This document shows, piece after piece, positions 9,336 to 18,985 of a stretch of DNA of 64,000 bases. Where the stretch lies: positions 200,228 through 264,227 of the forward strand of contig CAZICT010000001.1 of the NCBI GenBank assembly GCA_964537935.1. Reading direction: 5' to 3'. Positions within the stretch are counted from its first letter, which is position 1. Each line of letters opens with the position of its first letter. This DNA is from an uncultured Candidatus Saccharibacteria bacterium. GTDB lineage: Bacteria; Patescibacteriota; Saccharimonadia; Saccharimonadales; CAZICT01. A program made the translations under genes and the position numbers. The notes under the pieces are model-generated. The model did not search any database, had not been told where the DNA came from, and saw only the letters and a list, made by a program, of their open reading frames with translations.

Positions 9336-9809
9336 ATGACCATGAAAGCCCTGACCTTGTTATTTTTGCTGAAAGAAGACAAAGTATTGCTGGCTATGAA
9401 AAAACGTGGTTTTGGCGCAGGGCGCTGGAACGGCGTTGGCGGCAAGCTTGATGCTGGCGAAACAGTAGAGCAGGCTCTGGTGCGCGAAACCCAGGAAGAA
9501 ATATCCGTAACGCCGTTAGTTTATGAAAAAATGGCCGAAATAACTTTTAATGAATTCCATAATGACCAGCCGTCACAGATGTTGGTGCATATTTACACGG
9601 CTTCCTCCTGGGAAGGGGAGCCGACCGAATCGGAAGAAATGTCGCCTCATTGGTTCAATAAAAACGAACTGCCGTTTGATGACATGTGGCCTGACGACTC
9701 GTTCTGGCTGCCCCAAGTCCTGGAGGGCAAAAAGCTTCGCTGTGAGTTCACATTAGACGAAAACGACACTATAATTTCCTCTGAAATAGCTGAAGTCACA
9801 GAGTTTTGA
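9336..9809 (+). CDS. NUDIX hydrolase (MutT-like)
   Basis: Nudix box GGKLDAGETVEQALVRETQEEISV. Confidence 0.8.
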   Translation: MTMKALTLLFLLKEDKVLLAMKKRGFGAGRWNGVGGKLDAGETVEQALVRETQEEISVTPLVYEKMAEITFNEFHNDQPSQMLVHIYTASSWEGEPTESEEMSPHWFNKNELPFDDMWPDDSFWLPQVLEGKKLRCEFTLDENDTIISSEIAEVTEF

Positions 9810-10531
9810 TTATGAAACAACGCCCATTCGCAGTCTTTGACATCGACGGAACACTAATCCGTTGGCAGCTTTATCACGCCATCGCCGATTCGCTTGCTAA
9901 GAGCGGGCATTTAAAAAAATCAATCTACGATGAAGTCCGTAATGCTCGCATGTCGTGGAAGCGGCGCGAACATGGTGATGCCTTTAAGGTTTATGAATCT
10001 CGTATGGTTGAAGCCTATGAACAAATGTTCGAAAGCCTCAGTGTAGAACAATTTTTAGAAGCTGCCGAACTGGTATTTACAGAATACAAAGACCAGGTTT
10101 ATACCTATACCCGGGCTTTGATTTCTTCGCTCAAAAAGCAGGAATATCTGATGTTTGCGATTTCCGGATCGCAGCATGAAGTAGTTAAGATGATAGCCGA
10201 TTATTATGAATTTGATGACTTTCAAGGCACTGTTTACGAGCAGGCAGACGGACGTTTTACTGGCCAAAAGCAAGTGGCATCACACATTAAGCAAACAGTG
10301 CTTCAGCGGTTGATTAAAAAACATAACGCAACCTTAAAAGGAAGTATCGGGGTAGGCGATAGCCCGGGTGATATTCCGATGCTCGAGATGGTCGAAAATC
10401 CAATTGCCTTCAATCCGGACAGTAAACTATTTGCCGCTGCTGCAGACAATGGCTGGGAGATCGTAATCGAGCGTAAAAATGTGGTGTATGAACTGGAGCC
10501 GAAGAACAACAACTACGTTCTTAAGAAATAA
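9806..10531 (+). CDS. HAD-superfamily hydrolase (phosphoserine-phosphatase-like subfamily IB)
   Basis: N-terminal FDIDGTLI (DxDGT), C-terminal GVGDSPGDIPML. Start overlaps the NUDIX stop by 4 nt. Confidence 0.75.
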   Translation: MIMKQRPFAVFDIDGTLIRWQLYHAIADSLAKSGHLKKSIYDEVRNARMSWKRREHGDAFKVYESRMVEAYEQMFESLSVEQFLEAAELVFTEYKDQVYTYTRALISSLKKQEYLMFAISGSQHEVVKMIADYYEFDDFQGTVYEQADGRFTGQKQVASHIKQTVLQRLIKKHNATLKGSIGVGDSPGDIPMLEMVENPIAFNPDSKLFAAAADNGWEIVIERKNVVYELEPKNNNYVLKK

Positions 10532-10536
10532 TTAGT

Positions 10537-10914
10537 TTAATTATTTTTCTGTTGATTGCGCTGTATAAGTTTTATAGTTTTGTGCAAGCCGTAGAGCGCG
10601 GTTCCGGTCACTAATATACCGGCACCGATTTCGCCTTTGTGTTTATTTGCGCTTTTAAGCAATACCCGGAATCTGCCATCTTCCTCTTGGGTTACTTCAC
10701 CAAAATCGTTTATATCATGCGTATGTTCGTCACCGTTGATATCCTTCAGTGTGCCATGAAGTTCATATCTTTCCCTTAAGCCTGGAAATTTTTCCTCAAG
10801 TCCGCGCCTGCATAAATCAATAATGTCAGTAATACCTTGCTTGATAACTCCCGGATTATCGCCATTCACTACCAGCAAATCTTCGTCTGTTGCTTCGTTA
10901 AACTGCTCTGTCAT
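10537..10914 (-). CDS. Hypothetical acidic protein (125 aa)
   Basis: ORF only, no motif recognised. Confidence 0.45.
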   Translation of the reverse strand: MTEQFNEATDEDLLVVNGDNPGVIKQGITDIIDLCRRGLEEKFPGLRERYELHGTLKDINGDEHTHDINDFGEVTQEEDGRFRVLLKSANKHKGEIGAGILVTGTALYGLHKTIKLIQRNQQKNN

Positions 10915-10939
10915 ATATCAAGTTATAACATATAAATAA

Positions 10940-11944
10940 TCAGTTGTCTAAAACATAGACTAATGGTTCAGGCAATGGGTCTTCTAGATTTTCAAACACT
11001 TCATCAATAAGCAGTTGAGCAAAGTCTTCATCGTAATCAGCGGTCTCTTCAAAATTGGTTAAATAGAATTTGGCTTGAGCGAACCACACTGGAAAAAGAC
11101 GGGTCATAAGATGAGCCAGTTCATGGATTATAATTCTGGCGGCTTTTTGGTTCGGATCACCGTGTCCTTCAAGCCATCCTGGAGCTATACCAATCCAGAA
11201 TGGACCCGGCGACCCGTTGGACGCTAGTGTGAAAAATGGATTATCAATATCAAGATTACCGTCGTGAATAAGCGGAGCAGTTATGCCGCGGCCGACAAAT
11301 TGTTCACCTGGCTTTATATCATCCTTATGAGTACGTGGTACCAAAAGCCCGTTTCTGTAATAAAAATGCGGTTTACTTACCGGAGATAAATTAAGCAGCG
11401 CTCCCTCTCGTTCTCGTCCAATTACCATACGTTCGTAATAGCATTCGACCAGCGTACGGATTTGAGGATTATCCGAATTATGGCGCAAATCAAACAGAAG
11501 GCTGAGTAATTCATCGAATTGCTGAGGGTCAAATTCAATCGGCCCATCACTCCGCAGTTTGATATTCAAACCTGTCATTTGGCTCTCGTACATGCCAATT
11601 TCATAAAAATTCATGTACCTTTCTGCGCCTAATACAGGGTTAGGAAAAGGTGTTTCAACTTCTTCATCTTCGGGCTCACTGACAATATCAGGCGGTGGTA
11701 AAAGTACGGTATTGGACTGCTCCCGGTGTGTCTCTATCTCTTCGGTTTGCAGTTCTTCCAGTGGGGGCAGCTCTTCGTCGCAACCATTAGGCATGATAAT
11801 AAGCTGTCCTTCTACAGGTTGAGCGATATCGCCACCGCTGCAGGCTGTCAGCGCTACTGACCCCAGCACAGCAATCGCCGTACATCGACGCCACCAGTTA
11901 TTGTATTCCGGAGTTGTTATATCCTCCTTCATTAATACCAGCAT
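10940..11944 (-). CDS. Putative lipoprotein with C-terminal HEXXH (zincin-like) motif
   Basis: Start trimmed to the Met preceding a signal peptide ending in lipobox-like LTAC|SGG. IIHELAHLM lies near the C-terminus. Acidic Pro/Glu-rich linker after the lipobox. Confidence 0.55.
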   Translation of the reverse strand: MLVLMKEDITTPEYNNWWRRCTAIAVLGSVALTACSGGDIAQPVEGQLIIMPNGCDEELPPLEELQTEEIETHREQSNTVLLPPPDIVSEPEDEEVETPFPNPVLGAERYMNFYEIGMYESQMTGLNIKLRSDGPIEFDPQQFDELLSLLFDLRHNSDNPQIRTLVECYYERMVIGREREGALLNLSPVSKPHFYYRNGLLVPRTHKDDIKPGEQFVGRGITAPLIHDGNLDIDNPFFTLASNGSPGPFWIGIAPGWLEGHGDPNQKAARIIIHELAHLMTRLFPVWFAQAKFYLTNFEETADYDEDFAQLLIDEVFENLEDPLPEPLVYVLDN

Positions 11945-11987
11945 ACCGTAAATTACTATTGCGAAGTGTTGTTGTTTATGTGTCAAT

Positions 11988-12794
11988 ATGTGTATGGAGC
12001 AAGAATTTTGGCAAAAACAAACTGATGGGAAGCCACTTTTTCCTGACATGTTGTGGAGTCGGCCGGAAAACAAGTTCCAAGCCGGGAAATTATTGATTAT
12101 CGGGGGCAACTTACATGGCTTTGCTGCACCTGCCGAAGCTTACCATGCGGCCGAAAAGGCCGGTGTAGGGACATCCCGGGTGATACTCCCGTTGGCCGTA
12201 AAAAAAATCGTCGGACATATATTGGAGAATGGTGAATTTGCCGCGAGTAATCCCAGCGGCAGCTTTGCCCAGCAAGCCTTGTCTGAGTTTCTCGACCATG
12301 CCCTGTGGGCGGATGGAGTGTTGTTTGCCGGAGATCTGGGCAGAAATTCCGAAACCGCCATTGTCATAGAAAAATTTACGGGCAGATACAGCAGTCCTTT
12401 GGTGCTAACCAAGGGTGCAGTTGATTATTACGTCCAGTTTTCTAAACAGCTTGAAGACAAACGGAATCATTTGCTGGTAATAACTATTGCCCAGCTACAA
12501 AGGTTGGCAATTAATCATAGATTTACCACCGCTTTTACGTATCAGATGACCCTGCAGCAACTTATCCAGGCACTTCATCAGTTCAGCTTGCAAAACAATA
12601 TTTATCTGGTTACCAAATACCATGACAACATTCTGGTTGTCGTTAACGGAGAAGTAGCGATTCACAAATTAAACAGCAACAAAGAGGCCTGGCGGGTAGC
12701 TACAGCTGCGGCAGCCGCTACCTGGTGGCTGCAAAACCCACAGCAACCCTTCAAGGCTATAACAACCGCCGTTTATGAAGCTTTTAGCAGCTGA
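11988..12794 (+). CDS. Divergent YjeF_C / carbohydrate-kinase-like domain protein (NAD(P)H-hydrate dehydratase fold?)
   Basis: KLLIIGGNLHGFAAPAEAYHAAEKAGVG resembles the VIGGS..Y.GA..LAA.AALR.GAG motif of YjeF_C. The C-terminal ATAAAAATWW sits at the position of the GTGD motif, but GTGD itself is absent. Confidence 0.45.
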   Translation: MCMEQEFWQKQTDGKPLFPDMLWSRPENKFQAGKLLIIGGNLHGFAAPAEAYHAAEKAGVGTSRVILPLAVKKIVGHILENGEFAASNPSGSFAQQALSEFLDHALWADGVLFAGDLGRNSETAIVIEKFTGRYSSPLVLTKGAVDYYVQFSKQLEDKRNHLLVITIAQLQRLAINHRFTTAFTYQMTLQQLIQALHQFSLQNNIYLVTKYHDNILVVVNGEVAIHKLNSNKEAWRVATAAAAATWWLQNPQQPFKAITTAVYEAFSS

Positions 12795-12832
12795 TTTTAA
12801 ACTCAGGGCTATATATTAATTTCAATAGTCGC

Positions 12833-12919
12833 TGGTGCCGCGGGAGAGAATCGAACTCTCACAAGGTTGCCCTTACGGGATTTTGAGTCCCGCGCGTCTA
12901 CCAATTCCGCCACCGCGGC
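12833..12919 (-). tRNA. tRNA-Leu (anticodon CAA)
   Basis: Reverse complement gives acceptor GCCGCGG/CCGCGGC, anticodon stem CGGGA/TCCCG with loop CTCAAAA, long variable arm, T-arm GAGAGTTCGATTCTCTC, encoded CCA. Confidence 0.85.
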
Positions 12920-13082
12920 ACAAGCCATTATTGAAGCAACGCGTAAACTTAAATAGTCTTTGGCGTCGAATTATTAAGTATCCAAGAACCGCATTATTGT
13001 ACTACACTAGTCCAAAGAGGGGCAAAAATTCACCCTTAAGCACTATTAATTTTGAACGTTTTATTATATAATAATATCGTCT

Positions 13083-14315
13083 ATGAGTAATTACTCCAAC
13101 CCATTATTTCCATCGAACAAAGACGACGATTCATCTAAGCCGGGCCCGAAGCCACATAACAAGCCGGGAGCAGATGAAGCGGTGGAGTTATTGCGCCAAA
13201 AAATCAACAAACTTTATGGCAAAGAACCGGACGCTAAAGAAGAAATTAAAGAGGCTAAAGCTCACACCCGTCCACAGTCTAAGCATCAGCAGTTTATGTT
13301 CAACCTCAGCAATTCCGGAAAGTCTTTAGCTGAGATACAAACCGAATGGCACAACTATTATGTTGGGCTACCTGATGAAGAAAAACATCAGGTTTGGCAA
13401 GAGTTTTACGCCGACCACGGCCGATCGGTTAGTTATCAGTCACCCAATGCTAATCCAAATCAACAGCCTATTTCAGCAGCTGCTGATAAGCCACAGGTCC
13501 ACCATATAACGCCCGGGAGCAGTATTCAGGAGACCGACAAGCGTACAAAGAAGCAAATCAAATCGTCTATTATCCGAAATATAAAAAGTCGCTCTCAAAG
13601 CTCACAGCAAAAACAGAGCCCGCTTAAATCGTTAATGTTCGGGTTTGGCATGGGAATGATTGTGTTGGTAATCATGCTGTTCGGCTTTTTTAACGAGCGA
13701 TTTATTGCCCCGTTTATAACGCCTAGCCGGAATGTCAGTATCACACCAATAGTCGCTGGCAGCAGCACAACCGTAAGTCCTGATCCGAAAATCATTATTC
13801 CAAAAATTAACGTCGAGATTCCGGTTATATTTGATGAACCTTCCATAAGCGAAGATGCGATTCAGCGTGCACTCGAAGAAGGAGTAGTTCACTATGCCAC
13901 CACCTCCAAGCCGGGCGAGAAGGGAAATGGTGCTATCTTTGGTCATTCAAGCAATAACATTCTCAACCGCGGAAAATATAAGTTTGCATTTGCTTTACTA
14001 AACCGACTGGAAGAAGGCGACACCTTCATAGTCCAACACAATAGCAAACAATATGTTTATAGGATTTATAAAACCCATGTCGTACCCCCAACGGAAGTTT
14101 CGGTACTTAACCCTCAGGAAAAACCGGCTACTATGACGCTTATCACCTGTGATCCGCCGGGCACCAGCCTGAACCGGCTTGTTGTCGTAGGTGAACAGAT
14201 TAGCCCCGATCCGGGAATTAATGTGGCCAGTACCGCCAAGAAAGTTGACGAAAAGGCGGCAGTTCTACCGAGCAATGCTCCTTCGCTTTGGGATAGAATC
14301 ACAAACTGGTTTTAA
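13083..14315 (+). CDS. Membrane-anchored sortase (transpeptidase) with long disordered N-terminal region
   Basis: C-terminal catalytic domain with TLITC (TLxTC active-site Cys) and a conserved His region (GAIFGHSS). One TM (MFGFGMGMIVLVIMLFGFF). N-terminal ~190 aa are low-complexity, K/Q/S-rich. Confidence 0.75.
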   Translation: MSNYSNPLFPSNKDDDSSKPGPKPHNKPGADEAVELLRQKINKLYGKEPDAKEEIKEAKAHTRPQSKHQQFMFNLSNSGKSLAEIQTEWHNYYVGLPDEEKHQVWQEFYADHGRSVSYQSPNANPNQQPISAAADKPQVHHITPGSSIQETDKRTKKQIKSSIIRNIKSRSQSSQQKQSPLKSLMFGFGMGMIVLVIMLFGFFNERFIAPFITPSRNVSITPIVAGSSTTVSPDPKIIIPKINVEIPVIFDEPSISEDAIQRALEEGVVHYATTSKPGEKGNGAIFGHSSNNILNRGKYKFAFALLNRLEEGDTFIVQHNSKQYVYRIYKTHVVPPTEVSVLNPQEKPATMTLITCDPPGTSLNRLVVVGEQISPDPGINVASTAKKVDEKAAVLPSNAPSLWDRITNWF

Positions 14316-14319
14316 GGAT

Positions 14320-15804
14320 TTAGCGATCGGCCGTGATGCGCATATGGGTTTGTAAAAACTCAGCACGTCCTTCGACAGCCGTTGACGGACCGATAGTGTA
14401 GAGGCGGCTATAATCCCGGTCATAGAAAGGCTTAAATGCCGCATATGAAGCACTGAGTTGCCGCTTGTTTATACCATCGTAATCAATCATGTATAACTTA
14501 TTTTGACTCACATACGCCAAACGATGACCATCTATCCAGCTTGCTATTTGATTGGCTGGTAATGCTTCATCGACAGTAAAGCGATATTGCTTGTCAAACT
14601 CAGCATCAAAAATCGCAAACTCACGACCGGACTGCACTGAGATAAAACGCGTATTTGACGAAAATGACAAGTGTCGAGGCTCGCCATCAGTTCTAAGTAA
14701 AGCTACCGGCATCGGACCAATATCGGATTTATCACGAGCCGCATCAAACCCGTTTTCATAAATATAGATAATCTTCCCGGATTTGGCACCGACCGCCATA
14801 TACCACCGGTCATCATAACGGGCAATATCAAGCAGATAGCCATTTGCCGATACCGGCAGGTTGCGCAAATCGTAAATGTCATCGCCTGTTTTAATTTTGA
14901 CAGTAACTTCATCTTTCTGACCGGTATCAGCAACGAAGATCAATTCGTTATCACCGTGTGATTTATAGGCCAGAACTCCGTCAGTTACAAGCTTAAGCTC
15001 GGTGTCAGGATATGCAGCCGCGAATAGTCGCTTCGACTCTGAATCATGCAAATAAAAGCGATCAAACTTCTTGTCCTGCAAGCTAACATTAGTGAACTGC
15101 ACATCTTTATATGTTGACGTTATATTGAAGCTTCGCTTAGGGTCTTCGTGATCAACCATGACGAACTCATGCCCGCCTTCGAAATCATGACGCAATAATA
15201 AGTGCCTATTATCGTTTGACCACTCGACAACTTTTAGGGAGACCGTTTCTGCATTGCCGCTAAATAAACCTGGGTCAAGTTTCGCAGTACGCATAAATGG
15301 TTCGTCAGGAGACAGATCGAACACGTCAAACTCCAGAGGTTTTGTACTGTTCTGAATTATTACCCATCTTCTATCCGGACTTTGTGAAGCCAAAGCTGGC
15401 TGCGCTGCGTATAAGTGGGTATTGGTACTTTCCAGCTTTTCTGGGACAAGGAAAGGGTAAACCAGACGTTCGATTTTTCCTCCGTCAAGATTGAATGTCC
15501 GGCTCCATGAATGATAACCTTCGCGTCTTAACTCAACTGTGTACTGACCTTCAGGCAGAACAAATCGCCCGCCGGTGCGGCCCTTCAGTTCACCATTAAT
15601 GAAAATTTCGGCCGATTCAGGATGGGCATCAACAAACAACAAGCCGTTTTGTATGATTTCTCCGGTGTTGCGATCGATGTCATACCCAGTCGCCTGGTAG
15701 AAAAGAGTTGTAGCGGCAAATGTCAAAGCAGTAGCAATGAGTCCATACCCGACAAACAGGCGAATACGGTGCGAACGGCGCTTTTTGGGGTCAAGAAAAT
15801 CCAT
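14320..15804 (-). CDS. PEGA-domain membrane protein with C-terminal beta-propeller-like region
   Basis: N-terminal TM. PEGA motif INGELKGRTGGRFVLPEGQYTVELRREGYHSWSRTF. Long beta-rich C-terminal part. Confidence 0.7.
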   Translation of the reverse strand: MDFLDPKKRRSHRIRLFVGYGLIATALTFAATTLFYQATGYDIDRNTGEIIQNGLLFVDAHPESAEIFINGELKGRTGGRFVLPEGQYTVELRREGYHSWSRTFNLDGGKIERLVYPFLVPEKLESTNTHLYAAQPALASQSPDRRWVIIQNSTKPLEFDVFDLSPDEPFMRTAKLDPGLFSGNAETVSLKVVEWSNDNRHLLLRHDFEGGHEFVMVDHEDPKRSFNITSTYKDVQFTNVSLQDKKFDRFYLHDSESKRLFAAAYPDTELKLVTDGVLAYKSHGDNELIFVADTGQKDEVTVKIKTGDDIYDLRNLPVSANGYLLDIARYDDRWYMAVGAKSGKIIYIYENGFDAARDKSDIGPMPVALLRTDGEPRHLSFSSNTRFISVQSGREFAIFDAEFDKQYRFTVDEALPANQIASWIDGHRLAYVSQNKLYMIDYDGINKRQLSASYAAFKPFYDRDYSRLYTIGPSTAVEGRAEFLQTHMRITADR

Positions 15805-15871
15805 AGATTAATACATAATAGTATAGCGTATAAAGATATAGAAGTTATTATTAAAGATAAGCAGTTAGGTA

Positions 15872-16987
15872 TTGCGGGTTTTATTGATAGCCGCTAAGAT
15901 GGAGATACTGGATAAAACATTGAGGGTAAAAACATCAGTGGGCAATCGAACAAATGTGATTGTAATTAACGGCAAGCGATACGATGCGCGAACCGGAAAA
16001 CTACTACAAGAAACAACCGACCATACTCAAACAAAATCAAAACCGAGAACACCTGCGGCACCAAGCGGCGTGGTTGACGGCTTTAAAAAGCCGAACCGTT
16101 CAAGGAAACAGGTTCATGCACATACTGTTCACGGAAAACAAACCCGTTCACAAACTTTGATGCGCCACAGCGTAAAAAAGCCATCGCAATCAAAGCATAT
16201 ACCTACTCAGACTTCACTAGCCGCTTCGCCGGTTCAGAAAAAGCAGCATCCGTTTGTTAACGCCGTCAGAATGCAGCGCTCGGCCGATTTCCAAAAAAGT
16301 CATCTGGTATCCAAATTCAACCCTAAGGATTTTGCACCTGTAAAACAATCGCTTGAACATGTTCCCGTGGCTGAGGCTCCGCCGGCACAGGCACCGCCTG
16401 CAGATGCTCCCCGCCATTTACAAAGCAAAAAGCATGACTTTGAGGCAGCGCTTGCTAATGCTAATTCCCACCAGGAAAAACCGTTGCCAAAAAGAAAATT
16501 GCTGCATAAATTGACCGATAAGCTCCGAATTTCGCCTAAGCTCGCCAGCGCAGGAAGTGCGGCCCTGGCTATCGTACTGCTTGGCGGTTTCTTTGTTTAT
16601 CAGAATATTCCAACACTTGCCATGCGTGTTGCCGCTACTCGGTCAGGTGTAAATGCTCATCTGCCCGAATATCAACCGGCCGGTTTTGCCATGAGCGGTC
16701 CAATTCAGTACAGTCCCGGCCAAATTAGTATCAGTTTCCGCTCAAACACCGACAATCGTGAATATAAACTAACCCAGCGAACCTCTAGCTGGAACAGCGA
16801 AACCCTCTTAGAAAACTTTGTGGCCACCAATCGACGTCAATATCAAACTTTTCAGGATAAAGGAAAAACCATTTATATCTATGACGGTAGTAATGCCACA
16901 TGGGTTGACCGAGGTATTTGGTATAACATTGAGGGGAAATCCGCCCTCAACAGTGATCAGTTAATCCGTCTTGCGAATAGTCTTTGA
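15872..16987 (+). CDS. Hypothetical single-pass membrane protein (basic cytoplasmic N-region, extracytoplasmic C-domain)
   Basis: K/R/Q-rich N-terminal ~190 aa, TM SAGSAALAIVLLGGFFVY, then a ~150-aa C-terminal domain. Anti-sigma-factor-like topology, no motif recognised. Confidence 0.5.
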   Translation: MRVLLIAAKMEILDKTLRVKTSVGNRTNVIVINGKRYDARTGKLLQETTDHTQTKSKPRTPAAPSGVVDGFKKPNRSRKQVHAHTVHGKQTRSQTLMRHSVKKPSQSKHIPTQTSLAASPVQKKQHPFVNAVRMQRSADFQKSHLVSKFNPKDFAPVKQSLEHVPVAEAPPAQAPPADAPRHLQSKKHDFEAALANANSHQEKPLPKRKLLHKLTDKLRISPKLASAGSAALAIVLLGGFFVYQNIPTLAMRVAATRSGVNAHLPEYQPAGFAMSGPIQYSPGQISISFRSNTDNREYKLTQRTSSWNSETLLENFVATNRRQYQTFQDKGKTIYIYDGSNATWVDRGIWYNIEGKSALNSDQLIRLANSL

Positions 16988-17284
16988 TTTGATTGTTTAA
17001 GTATTTGTGTTATAATATAGTAGTGAATATACACTCTGCTTCAGAATCGGTTGAGTTTATTATTGAATCCGGGGAACTGGAGATAGTTCGAAACAGCCAA
17101 CAATCAACCGAAGTACCGTCAGAACACCAACCATTACCGGTAAATGAACTCAGCGCCCCGGAAATGGGAGTATTTGGCCTAGGCATAATCGCTTTAGGTG
17201 CTTTCAGCGTGTGGGCTGTACGGATGACTAACAAAAACTAGCATATTATAAGCCGCTAATTGTTTGTCTGGTAAACTTATCTTA

Positions 17285-18718
17285 ATGTCAAAGACAGTCG
17301 TAACACGTTTTGCACCCAGCCCGACAGGGTACTTACACATCGGCGCCGTTCGTACCGCTTTGTTCGCCTGGTTGGTTGCTCGTCAAAACAACGGTGAATT
17401 CATTCTTCGGTTAGAAGATACTGACAAAAGCCGAGAAGTTGAAGGCGCTATCGCGCACATAGAAGAAAGTCTCCGCTGGCTAGGACTGGAATGGGATAAA
17501 GGCGGTTCTGAAAACAGAGGTGGAGAAGCCAAGTATCTGCAATCTGACCGTCTAGAAATTTACTTAAATTATGCAAAAAAGTTACTTGACGAAGGCAAAG
17601 CCTATGCCGATACAACGACTCCCGATCAGCTAAATGAATGGCGCGAGCAAGCTAAAGCCGAAAAGCGTCCGTTTCATTTCAACCAACATCGGCCAGAGCC
17701 AGTGGAGTGGCAGCCAGGGCTTCCGATTAGACTTAAACTAGACGCTTCTGAAAGCCCCTCTTGGCACGACCTGGTACGCGGCCCTCAGCCAGCCAGCCGC
17801 GAAAACATTGACGATTTTATAATCCTTAAGGCCGACGGCTATCCAACATATAACTTCGCTCATATAGTGGATGATTATGAAATGGGTGTCACGCATGTCA
17901 TCCGCGGTGAAGAGTTCATAAGTTCAATGCCGAAATTCCTGCTGCTCTATCAGGCTCTGGATATCACACCGCCGCTGTTTGCGCATTTACCCAATATTCT
18001 TGCCAAGGAAGGCAACAAAAAGCTCAGTAAGCGTGAGGGTGCACCGGATTTACTAACTTACCGTGACCATGGATACCTGCCGGAAGCAGTGATTAATTTT
18101 TTGGCACTTATGGGTTGGAACGATGGAACCGAGCAGGAAATTTATTCAGTAGATGAACTTATAGCTAAATTCGATTTGACGCGAGTACAAAAATCCGGCG
18201 CCCGCTATGATCTGGACAGGCTAAAGTGGATATCAGGCAACCACGTTCGTAAGCTACCGATTGATGAACTGTATGGAAAAACAGAAAGCTTTTGGCCGCT
18301 GGAATCGCTGAAATTCGACGATGAGTACAAAAAACAAGTGCTGAGTTTGGTTCAGGAACGCCTAAAATACTTTGCCGAATTACCTGAGCTAACTGGCTTT
18401 TTCTTTACGGACCTGCCGGTTAATCCGGAACTCATTAGCTCACACAAACAGCTTAAAAAACTCTCGTCAGAAGAATTAAAAGACCTGCTTGAGCAAACCA
18501 AAACTACTCTGGAAACGAGTGACTTTACCGCCGAAGATTTACAGACAAAGCTGAACGGTTTACTCGAAGCGACCGGTCAAAAACCGGCGGTATTATTCAG
18601 TCTTATCCGTATAGCTACCACTCAAGCTCCGGCCAGTCCTGGTCTCGCCGACACCATGGCCGTCCTTGGCCGCGAAACAACCCTCCGCCGCCTAGACAAA
18701 CAGCTTGCAGCGTTATAA
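17285..18718 (+). CDS. gltX: Glutamate--tRNA ligase
   Basis: HIGH motif (PSPTGYLHIGAVRTA) and KMSKS motif (KLSKR). Start trimmed to ATG 17285; the listed ORF begins at an upstream TTG. Confidence 0.9.
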   Translation: MSKTVVTRFAPSPTGYLHIGAVRTALFAWLVARQNNGEFILRLEDTDKSREVEGAIAHIEESLRWLGLEWDKGGSENRGGEAKYLQSDRLEIYLNYAKKLLDEGKAYADTTTPDQLNEWREQAKAEKRPFHFNQHRPEPVEWQPGLPIRLKLDASESPSWHDLVRGPQPASRENIDDFIILKADGYPTYNFAHIVDDYEMGVTHVIRGEEFISSMPKFLLLYQALDITPPLFAHLPNILAKEGNKKLSKREGAPDLLTYRDHGYLPEAVINFLALMGWNDGTEQEIYSVDELIAKFDLTRVQKSGARYDLDRLKWISGNHVRKLPIDELYGKTESFWPLESLKFDDEYKKQVLSLVQERLKYFAELPELTGFFFTDLPVNPELISSHKQLKKLSSEELKDLLEQTKTTLETSDFTAEDLQTKLNGLLEATGQKPAVLFSLIRIATTQAPASPGLADTMAVLGRETTLRRLDKQLAAL

Positions 18719-18985
18719 GTAATGCTCTGAAGGTTCTTTACTGAAGAGCCGTACATTGACAGCACCTAAATAGCGACAAACGGTTCGGTTATATAATTTT
18801 AATCCCGGTGAGGCTAAAGCTTCGACTATATTTGGTCACTGCTTGACTGCGTCGGTTTTTAGAAAACTGAAAGAAGCTTAATGTAAAAATAATTTACCTT
18901 TCGTCCTGGCGCCTGCCTGCCGTAGCCTTACGGAGGAGGGGACTCATCAGCATGAACACACAATCTTAGCTAAATAATTGTCTCG

